Source of the DNA: Anaerolineales bacterium
Lineage (GTDB): Bacteria > Chloroflexota > Anaerolineae > Anaerolineales > UBA11579
DNA: 64,000 nt
Assembly: GCA_019637675.1 (NCBI GenBank)
Contig: JAHBVE010000003.1
Span: 473,568 to 537,567, forward strand
Direction of reading: 5' to 3'
Within the stretch, counting starts at the first letter, position 1. The number at the start of each line of letters is the position of its first letter. The notes below the pieces were generated by a model. That model did not search any database. It was given only the letters and a program-made list of their open reading frames with translations, and was not told where the DNA came from. The position numbers and the translations under genes are program-made. Positions 28,734-35,599 of the stretch are shown here, piece after piece.

Positions 28734-30271
28734 GGCTGGATGCGGTACAGGCGCATGGCGCCGAGGCCGTAGCCCACATCCTCTGTTAGCACGGCCGCTT
28801 CGTTTAAATCGTCCACATCAGCGCCCAGGAAAGGCGCGAACTCGCGCCGGACCGCGCTGTCGGTATCGACCAAATAATCCACGCCTGCCGAACGCATGTA
28901 AGCCAGCAAGTCTCTTTGCTGGATCGCGTTGAAGGCATTGTGGTTCACCACACCATCCAGATTGACCACGCGCTGCTCCAGGTAATAGCTATAGATGCCA
29001 GAGTTGAAACTGGCCAGCGTATCGTTGGGGGATAGTAGTTGTTGCAACTGCGTGTTGGCAGCCAGCATCTCTCTTTGCCAGGGGTAAAAGCCCACCCGCC
29101 ATAGCAAGACGCCGCTGGCGAGAAAGTAGACCGCGGTCAGCGCCAGCAGCAAGTGCCCCAGCCGGGCTTGTATGCGCGGGTGCTGAAATGCCAGCGCGGC
29201 GCACAGCGCAAAAGCCGCTGAGGTGGGGACGAAATACCACAGGCGCGGATACCAGCGCAGGCCGGCGTGGAACAAGATCATCGTCAGGCTGGACAACAGC
29301 AGAGGCAGCAGGATCAATTTCTGCGGCTGGGTGAGGCCGCGCTTGCGCAGGCCGAGCAGCACCAGCGCCCACAGCAGCAGGCCGGGCGCAAGTGGCAAGC
29401 CGCTAAAGTCGCCGCGCAACCAGGCGGCCGGGCTGGCCAGCTGGCGCAGCGTCTCGCGCAGCTGCGGGGCGAGGCCCGCTCCATGTTCAAGCGCCAGCCG
29501 GGTGCGGATGGTATAGGGGATGGATACGCCGCTCTCCTGCAGCAGGCTGCCGACCGCGGCATGGCTCCACAGCAGCCAGGGCAGCATGACCACGATGCTG
29601 ACCATGCCCGCAGTCAGCACCAGGCGCAGGCGGGCGGCGTTGGGCGCGGCCAGCAAAAGTGCGAGCAACGCCAGCGCGAACAGGAAGGCTGCATCCGTGC
29701 GCGCCAGCAACATCAGCCCGGCCAGCAGACCCAGCCCCACGCCATTGCGCTGGCTGGGTTGGCGCACCACGCGCTCCAGCTGGTTCAGGAACAGCAACAG
29801 CGTGAGCATGCCGAGCGCGGTTTCCAGTCCGTTGGTGGCCTGAAGGATCACGGAGGGATTGATGGCGTACAGTAGGCCGGCGATCAAGCCCACATCGCTG
29901 CGCCCGCTGAGCTTTTGGCCCAGGCGCACGAGCAGATAGACCGAGGCTACGTCGAACAGGGCGGCCAGGCTGAGCGCCAAGTGAATGGGCAGCGCCGCGC
30001 CAGCGGCTGCGCCCACGAACAGCGGCGTGATGACCAGCAGCCAGAGCGGATGAAAGCCGTTGGTGGGGCTGACCCCGTCAACAGTTGCCTGCCCGCCGTC
30101 GGCCAGATTGCGTGCCAGGACAAAATAATAGAAAGAATCGTCCGGCAGATTCTTCTCAACCAGACTCTCGATGGGTTGCCAGGCGACCCACAGGCGCACG
30201 AGGGCAGCCAGCAGCAGAAGCGCCAGCAGCTGTTTGCGATGTAGTGAGGATGATGCCTGTGGCGAACTCAC
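28730..30271 (-). CDS. Polytopic membrane glycosyltransferase-like protein (GT-C fold, ArnT/PMT-like) with a C-terminal soluble domain
   Basis: 513 aa with about 11 TM segments. The first-loop acidic motif NLPDDSFYYF is typical of GT-C enzymes. The family assignment is tentative. Confidence 0.55.
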   Translation of the reverse strand: MSSPQASSSLHRKQLLALLLLAALVRLWVAWQPIESLVEKNLPDDSFYYFVLARNLADGGQATVDGVSPTNGFHPLWLLVITPLFVGAAAGAALPIHLALSLAALFDVASVYLLVRLGQKLSGRSDVGLIAGLLYAINPSVILQATNGLETALGMLTLLLFLNQLERVVRQPSQRNGVGLGLLAGLMLLARTDAAFLFALALLALLLAAPNAARLRLVLTAGMVSIVVMLPWLLWSHAAVGSLLQESGVSIPYTIRTRLALEHGAGLAPQLRETLRQLASPAAWLRGDFSGLPLAPGLLLWALVLLGLRKRGLTQPQKLILLPLLLSSLTMILFHAGLRWYPRLWYFVPTSAAFALCAALAFQHPRIQARLGHLLLALTAVYFLASGVLLWRVGFYPWQREMLAANTQLQQLLSPNDTLASFNSGIYSYYLEQRVVNLDGVVNHNAFNAIQQRDLLAYMRSAGVDYLVDTDSAVRREFAPFLGADVDDLNEAAVLTEDVGYGLGAMRLYRIQP

Positions 30272-30282
30272 TGCCCGGCCTG

Positions 30283-31074
30283 CTATTTGCCGGCCGCGGC
30301 CTTGGCGTAGTCCGGGGCGCGCTTCTCCACAAAAGCAGCCAGGCCTTCTTTGTGGTCACTGCCCTCGCCGGCGATCTCCTGGTTGTGGGCTTCGTAGTCG
30401 AGCACTTCTTCCAGGTTGGAGAGCAGGGCTTTGTTGAAGGCGCGCTTGGTGAGGCCCATGGCGTTGGTGGGGCCTTGCGCCAGGCGCAGCGCCCAATCCC
30501 AGGCGGTTTGCTGCAACTGGTCGGCCGGGACGACCGCGTTCAGCAGGCCCCAGGCCAGCGCCTGCTCGGCGGTGATGGGCTCGTTGTAGAAGGCGGTCTG
30601 GGCGGCGCGGCCCAGACCGATGATGGCGGGCAGCATGAGCGACACGGCAGAGTCGGGCGCCAGGCCGATGCCGCTGAAGCCGATGACGAAGCGCGTCTCG
30701 GGCGAGCCGATGCGCAGGTCGCAGGCCAGGGCCAGGCCGAGGGCCGCGCCGGCGGCCGCGCCCTGGATCGAGGCTAGGATGGGCTTCTCGAGCTGGCGCA
30801 TTTGCAGCACCAGCGGGTTGTAGGTCTTTTGCAAATGCTGGCGGAAAGAGACATGCCCTTCGCCGCCGAATTCGCTAACGTCTTGCCCGGCGCTGAACAG
30901 CTTGCCATTGGCCTGCAGCAGCAGGCTGCGCACGGCGCGGTCCTTCTTGGCATCCTTGAAGGCGTTTTGCAGCTCAACCGCCATAGGTGTGTTGAAGGCA
31001 TTGGCCTTCGGGCGGTCAAGGGTAAGGATCAGTACGCCTTCTTTTAGCTCGCGCGCAATCATTGCATCAGACAT
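30283..31074 (-). CDS. Enoyl-CoA hydratase/isomerase family protein
   Basis: 263 aa. Crotonase-fold motifs are LILTLDRPKANAFN, FSAGQDVSEF and GAAAGAALGLALACDLRI. Confidence 0.85.
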   Translation of the reverse strand: MSDAMIARELKEGVLILTLDRPKANAFNTPMAVELQNAFKDAKKDRAVRSLLLQANGKLFSAGQDVSEFGGEGHVSFRQHLQKTYNPLVLQMRQLEKPILASIQGAAAGAALGLALACDLRIGSPETRFVIGFSGIGLAPDSAVSLMLPAIIGLGRAAQTAFYNEPITAEQALAWGLLNAVVPADQLQQTAWDWALRLAQGPTNAMGLTKRAFNKALLSNLEEVLDYEAHNQEIAGEGSDHKEGLAAFVEKRAPDYAKAAAGK

Positions 31075-31133
31075 GACGCCTCCAGGAATGGATATTCAAT
31101 TGAATTGTAATGGAAGCTATGAAAGCGACGCGC

Positions 31134-31523
31134 TTAGGGCAGCGGTTCGAAGTCTTCGCCGTCCAGATCCTCGCTGTCATCGTCATCAAAGTCGATGGCG
31201 AGTTCGATCTCTTCGTCCGGCAGGCGCACCCACAGCATCAGCATCTCGCCCTCGTCTGTGTTGGCGCTGCGCGCCGCCAGGATGGGAGCGGTCTTGTTGT
31301 TGCCGTCTTCGTCGCGGTATTCCAGGTTGATGGCCTGGCGTTTCTTCCAGGCGCGGTAGCAGCGCTCCACCAGCTCGCCGCCGTTGAAGGTGCGTAAATG
31401 GGTCAGCGCTACGCCGTACAGGGTTGGGCCTTCGAGCACCCCCGTGGACCAGCCATCGTCCACAACTTCAAAGGTGGGCGGCGGGCCTTCGATGATGGTT
31501 ATCTTGTCGTCCATGTTTTCCAC
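31134..31523 (-). CDS. Hypothetical protein with a strongly acidic C-terminal tail
   Basis: A 129-aa ORF with coding-like composition. No family is recognised. The tail is IDFDDDDSEDLDGEDFEPLP. Confidence 0.5.
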   Translation of the reverse strand: MENMDDKITIIEGPPPTFEVVDDGWSTGVLEGPTLYGVALTHLRTFNGGELVERCYRAWKKRQAINLEYRDEDGNNKTAPILAARSANTDEGEMLMLWVRLPDEEIELAIDFDDDDSEDLDGEDFEPLP

Positions 31524-31621
31524 TTGCGCGCGTAGTTTACCATACGCAAAATTTGACTGCTGGCTTGCTTTTTGGCGAGCTTGGAACCGCCAAAAGAGGC
31601 CAAGGTTATAATGCCGCGCGT

Positions 31622-31978
31622 ATGTACAAATTGGTGATATTGGTTGAGCCGCAAGATGATGCGGCTCATTTTGACAGCCGCTGGCCTCTGTTCCTGGCCG
31701 AGGCCGAGAAGATGCCCGGCCTGCGCCGCGAAGTGACGAGCCGGGTGGACCGCGTGCTGCACGGCAGCTACCCGGTGCATCTAGTGCACGAGCTGTTCTT
31801 TGACTCGCTGACCGCGGTGGCGGACGCGATGGGCTCGCCCCAGGGGCAGAAGGCTGGCCAGGTGTTGCAAGACATCAGCGGCGGCAAGGTGACCCTGTTG
31901 TTCGCCGACCACCTGCAGGATGATCTGGCTCACTTCCGCCGCCACGGCGATGAGGCTCCGCCCGGAGACCGGGCGTGA
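31622..31978 (+). CDS. EthD-family protein (TIGR02118-like)
   Basis: MYKLVILVEPQDDAAHFDSRWPLFLAEAEKMPGLRRE...LVHELFFDSLTAVADAMGSPQGQKAG...GGKVTLLFADH matches the EthD pattern. The upstream ORF extension is trimmed. Confidence 0.6.
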   Translation: MYKLVILVEPQDDAAHFDSRWPLFLAEAEKMPGLRREVTSRVDRVLHGSYPVHLVHELFFDSLTAVADAMGSPQGQKAGQVLQDISGGKVTLLFADHLQDDLAHFRRHGDEAPPGDRA

Positions 31979-32727
31979 CGCGCAAAGGCTGGCTGGTGGT
32001 TGCGGCCGCGGCGGCCGTGCTGCTCACCGGCGTGCTGGGCGTCTATCTGTATAACCGTTATGCGCCTTCGCCGGGCCGCTGGGCGCTGTTCCGCGAGCTG
32101 CACACCGATCGTGAGCTGTTCGAGCGCTACGCCATCCGCCCGGGGATGCGCTGCGATGGCGCGCCGTTCGCGTTCCCCACGCATGGCGTCATCCTGGGCT
32201 TGTGGAACCAGTCGTACCGTTTTGGGCATACGCACACCGGGCTGGATATTTTCTCGGGCACGCAGCCGGGCATCACGCCCATTTATGCGGCTTACCCCGG
32301 TTATCTGACGCGGCTGGATGATTGGCAGTCCACGGTCATCATTCGCGTCCCCAGTGATCCGCTCGAGCCCGGCCGCCAGATCTGGACCTATTACACCCAC
32401 ATGGCCAATGTGGATGGTGAGAGCTTTGTTTCGGACCAGTTCCCGCCTGGAACCAGCGAAGTGTATGTCGAGGAAGGCACCTTTCTGGGTTATATGGGCA
32501 ATTATTCCGGCGACCCGGGTGCGCCGACCGGCTTGCATCTGCATTTTTCTGTCGTAAAGGATGATGGCGAGGGCGACTTTTTGAACGAGACCCGCATTAC
32601 TAACACGTATGACCCCACACTGTATTTCAATATGACGGTGGATCACCAAAAGAATCGCAATGATGTGCCGATGTGCGAAGGCGTAATGACTTTTGAAGAT
32701 TGGGATCTGGTAGGCGTGGATGAGTGA
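31975..32727 (+). CDS. M23-family metallopeptidase with an N-terminal TM anchor
   Basis: HTHTGLDI (HxxxD) and GLHLHFSV (HxH) motifs are present. The GTG start overlaps the upstream stop (GTGA). Confidence 0.8.
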   Translation: MTRKGWLVVAAAAAVLLTGVLGVYLYNRYAPSPGRWALFRELHTDRELFERYAIRPGMRCDGAPFAFPTHGVILGLWNQSYRFGHTHTGLDIFSGTQPGITPIYAAYPGYLTRLDDWQSTVIIRVPSDPLEPGRQIWTYYTHMANVDGESFVSDQFPPGTSEVYVEEGTFLGYMGNYSGDPGAPTGLHLHFSVVKDDGEGDFLNETRITNTYDPTLYFNMTVDHQKNRNDVPMCEGVMTFEDWDLVGVDE

Positions 32728-33286
32728 ACGAGTTGTTTTGATCGCGGGGGCGGGGACTGCGCTGGGCCAGGAGTTGGCCAGGCAGCTGGCCGCCCAAGGC
32801 TGGCGCGTGGCGCTGAATGACCTGCTGCCCACGCGTATCGGCCCGCTGGCCGAGGAACTGGCCGCAGCCGGCGGTCAGGCGGCCGCCTACCCGGCCGACC
32901 TGACCCGCAAGCTGGCCTTGCAAACCATGCTGCAGGGCGTGCTGGAACGCTGGGGCCGTGTGGATGCCTTGATCTTTATTCCCAGCGTGCGGCCCGAAGG
33001 CATTGTGCTGGATATGGACGAGTGGGATTGGCACCGCGGCATTGACGCTACGCTGACGGCAGGCTTTCTGGTGACGCAGTCGGTGGGCCGGGTGATGCGT
33101 GAGATCGGCGGCGGCACGGTGGTGTACGCAGGCGCGGGCGAAGCCAGCTCGGCGGTGTATGCGGCCGCGGCGGCCGGGCTGCAGGCGCTGGCGCATAGCG
33201 CCGCGGCGGAGCTGACCGCTCACAACATTCGCCTGGTGTGGCAGCCGGGCAGCGACGCCGCGGCGGTCTTGGCGGAACTGGGTTGA
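32720..33286 (+). CDS. Short, degenerate SDR-like protein
   Basis: 188 aa with the Rossmann motif LIAGAGTALGQELARQL. The YxxxK site reads YAAAA, so the Lys is absent. It overlaps the M23 gene by 8 nt. Confidence 0.6.
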   Translation: MSERVVLIAGAGTALGQELARQLAAQGWRVALNDLLPTRIGPLAEELAAAGGQAAAYPADLTRKLALQTMLQGVLERWGRVDALIFIPSVRPEGIVLDMDEWDWHRGIDATLTAGFLVTQSVGRVMREIGGGTVVYAGAGEASSAVYAAAAAGLQALAHSAAAELTAHNIRLVWQPGSDAAAVLAELG

Positions 33287-33325
33287 GCTGCGCGCTTTAC
33301 AATTGGCGCATCTCAAGGAGTACGT

Positions 33326-34105
33326 ATGACTGATGATAAACAACTCATTCTGGTTGAGATCAAAGAGCGGGTGGCCTTGCTGCGCTTGAACCGGCCCGAA
33401 GCCATGAACGCGCTCAATAGCGCGCTCATGATCGAGCTGATGGACAAGCTAGAGCAGTTGGACGCGGACGACAGCGTGGGCGCGTTCGTGCTCACGGGGG
33501 ATGCGCGCGCTTTTGCGGCCGGGGCGGATATCAAAGAAATGGCGGAGGCTTCATCGGTGGAGTTGATGCTGAAGGGGCATATCTCGCCGTTCGACCGCAT
33601 CAAGAAGATCACCAAGCCGATCATTGCGGCCGTCTCCGGCTGGTGTTTGGGCGGGGGCAACGAGCTGGCCATGTCGTGCGACATGATCGTGGCGTCTGAG
33701 AGCGCCCGCTTCGGCCAGCCCGAGATCAACCTGGGCGTCATCCCCGGCGCGGGCGGCACGCAGCGCCTGACGCGGGCGGTGGGCAAGGCGCTGGCGATGG
33801 AGATGGTGCTGAATAACCGCACTCTCACCGCCGAGGATGCGCTGCGCCGCGGCCTGGTGAACCGGGTCGTGCCGGTGGAGCGTTACCTGGTGGAGGCCAT
33901 GCAGCTGGCGACCGAGATCGCCGCCCGCGCCCCGCTGGCGGTGCGCTTGGGTAAGGAAGCGGTGAACCGCGCTTTTGAAACGCACCTGGCGGACGGCATC
34001 CAGGAAGAGCGCCAATCCTTCTATTTCCTGTTCGCCTCTGAGGACCAGAAAGAGGGGATGCGCGCCTTTGGCGAGAAGCGCAAGCCCAACTGGAAGGGTA
34101 AGTAG
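33326..34105 (+). CDS. Enoyl-CoA hydratase (crotonase)
   Basis: 259 aa. LLRLNRPEAMNALN, FAAGADIKEM, GWCLGGGNELAMSCDMIVASESARFGQPEINLGVIPGAGGTQRL. Confidence 0.9.
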   Translation: MTDDKQLILVEIKERVALLRLNRPEAMNALNSALMIELMDKLEQLDADDSVGAFVLTGDARAFAAGADIKEMAEASSVELMLKGHISPFDRIKKITKPIIAAVSGWCLGGGNELAMSCDMIVASESARFGQPEINLGVIPGAGGTQRLTRAVGKALAMEMVLNNRTLTAEDALRRGLVNRVVPVERYLVEAMQLATEIAARAPLAVRLGKEAVNRAFETHLADGIQEERQSFYFLFASEDQKEGMRAFGEKRKPNWKGK

Positions 34106-34130
34106 GCCAAGCTTTTGTGTAAACTAGTGT

Positions 34131-34284
34131 GGAGTTTTAAATTCGGCGAAGCCGAGTAAAACTCCATAAGTTCGCCCGCAGGGCGGACGTAGGCAGCGCA
34201 GGCGAGTTTAGTTACACTGTAAGGTAGTTGCGTCAGCGGGCGCAGCCCGCTAGCAACTACAAAAGTCCGCCCGACAGGGCGGAC
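34131..34284. repeat. Stack of four palindromic hairpins upstream of tRNA-Arg (REP/BIME-like)
   Basis: 34131-34165 is GGAGTTTTA..TTCGGC-GAA-GCCGAG..TAAAACTCC. 34170-34188 is GTTCGCCC-GCA-GGGCGGAC. 34224-34260 is GTAGTTGC..AGCGGGC-GCA-GCCCGCT..GCAACTAC. 34265-34284 is GTCCGCCC-GACA-GGGCGGAC. Confidence 0.65.
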
Positions 34285-34289
34285 GTAAG

Positions 34290-34363
34290 GCCCCGGTAGC
34301 TCAAATGGATAGAGCAGAGCACTCCTAAGGCTAAGGCTGTGGGTTCGAGTCCCACCTGGGGCA
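34290..34363 (+). tRNA. tRNA-Arg (anticodon CCT), with no encoded CCA and a weak anticodon stem
   Basis: Hand fold: acceptor GCCCCGG/CTGGGGC (one G-U pair), D-arm GCTC-AAATGGATA-GAGC, anticodon loop CTCCTAA (CCT at 34324-34326), and T-arm GTGGG-TTCGAGT-CCCAC. The anticodon stem GAGCA/GGCTA has only 3 Watson-Crick pairs. Confidence 0.7.
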
Positions 34364-34366
34364 TAT

Positions 34367-34428
34367 GCAGCGCCTGGCGGCGCTGCGCCTAGGAGTTTCT
34401 ACTCGGCTACGCCGAGTAACGAAACTCC
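34367..34428. repeat. Two palindromic hairpins immediately downstream of tRNA-Arg
   Basis: 34367-34386 is GCAGCGCC-TGGC-GGCGCTGC. 34392-34428 is GGAGTTTC..TCGGC-TAC-GCCGA..GAAACTCC, which is related to the hairpin at 34131-34165. Confidence 0.6.
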
Positions 34429-34580
34429 ACCGTATGGTTTGGTTCAATTTGCCCGGCGGCTGATGAGTAAATTCCACGCATCATCGCTAAGCTTCCCTGA
34501 AGCTCTCTACTAACAACACAAAACTGTAAGACTCGTATTTCGGGATAGAGAAACCTCGTTTGCTTTAGAAACGAGTTGCC

Positions 34581-35402
34581 ATGCCTGAGAAGAGAAATGT
34601 GCCAAGTTTAAAGAGAGCTATCGTTTGGGGGCTGCTCGTTGTTGTCATTTTCGCAGCTATTCTGCTATTGAATGGGATGCCTATTAGGGTCAGTGACGGT
34701 TTACAGGCCGTTCAATCACCAGATCCGCTAAGCAACCAGGATGAATACTTTGCCCACTGGCAGATGGTGGTGTTTCAGCGTGTTCTTGAGATAGCTCCTG
34801 CTGGTGCCTACCGCGGCCCTGTCCTGGGCCATCGCTTTGAAGTGATCGTTATGGATACCCGGGTCAAGGTGGAGATGGGAGCTGTTGTACAGAGCCACAC
34901 GATTGAACGAGATAGCGATAGCGGCATGGTTCTGTCTGAATTGATCTTAGACGGTACACAGCGCATTATGTATGACGGTTCGGGATATCTAAGTTACTCA
35001 GCTGTTGATGAGCCACCTGCCCCTTTTCGGGATGAAGTCTCTTTTGTGGAGTATGCCAAACAGCGAGGGCTGGAGATCGCGCGGACAGAGATCTCCGAGT
35101 GGGGTGGGCAGGCATGGGTCGTTGAGAGTGAAGAGACCGGAGATCTTGAAGAGATCCTCTCTTCTTACAATGAAACAAGCCGGCCATATTTATCTGATCT
35201 GGATGTGATCGGTTTCCACTATACCTGGATCGTTGACCAGCAACTGGAGCGGGTGGTTCGTTTTGAGTGGGAGGCGATCACCCCATCCGGCAGCGTGCTG
35301 CTTCAGCGTACCTCCTATGAGCGGCCGGTTGTTTTGACAGCCGATGAAATGCCTGTTTATTGGCTGCTTCCCAGCGTTACGGAGACAGGCCCGGACAGGT
35401 AG
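34581..35402 (+). CDS. Hypothetical N-terminally anchored protein in a low-G+C segment (orphan)
   Basis: A 273-aa ORF with the TM anchor AIVWGLLVVVIFAAILLL. No family is recognised. The composition is clearly AT-richer than the flanks, and there is no obvious SD. Confidence 0.5.
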   Translation: MPEKRNVPSLKRAIVWGLLVVVIFAAILLLNGMPIRVSDGLQAVQSPDPLSNQDEYFAHWQMVVFQRVLEIAPAGAYRGPVLGHRFEVIVMDTRVKVEMGAVVQSHTIERDSDSGMVLSELILDGTQRIMYDGSGYLSYSAVDEPPAPFRDEVSFVEYAKQRGLEIARTEISEWGGQAWVVESEETGDLEEILSSYNETSRPYLSDLDVIGFHYTWIVDQQLERVVRFEWEAITPSGSVLLQRTSYERPVVLTADEMPVYWLLPSVTETGPDR

Positions 35403-35444
35403 GTTTATGTATAACGTTATTACATTAAAGCTCCTTGCAAGCCC

Positions 35445-35472
35445 TTGACACAAGTTTCACAAACGCTATAAT
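35445..35472 (+). promoter_or_regulatory. Near-consensus sigma70 promoter TTGACA-N16-TATAAT
   Basis: The -35 is at 35445-35450 and the -10 at 35467-35472, and both hexamers are consensus. It lies about 130 nt upstream of the molybdoenzyme start. Confidence 0.5.
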
Positions 35473-35599
35473 CCCACTTGACGAGCGTCCGGGTGCCCCC
35501 CTCACCTGGGCGCTTGTCATTTAAATCCATAGCGCCTGGCTCACTTTGTCCTCATGGCTGGGCGAGCCTAACGCTCCTATAATCACTGCAGGAGCTGAG

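Noticed and set aside
34131-34428. The repeated hairpins around tRNA-Arg as a CRISPR array.
   Set aside because: The units differ in sequence and length, are irregularly spaced, are interrupted by a tRNA, and have no cas genes nearby. They fit REP/BIME-like palindromes instead.
34364-35510. Calling the low-G+C segment next to tRNA-Arg an integrative mobile element or prophage remnant as an annotated feature.
   Set aside because: There is no integrase, transposase or phage gene. The only direct repeat with the tRNA 3' end is 8 nt long and also forms part of a local hairpin. It is kept only as a low-confidence finding.
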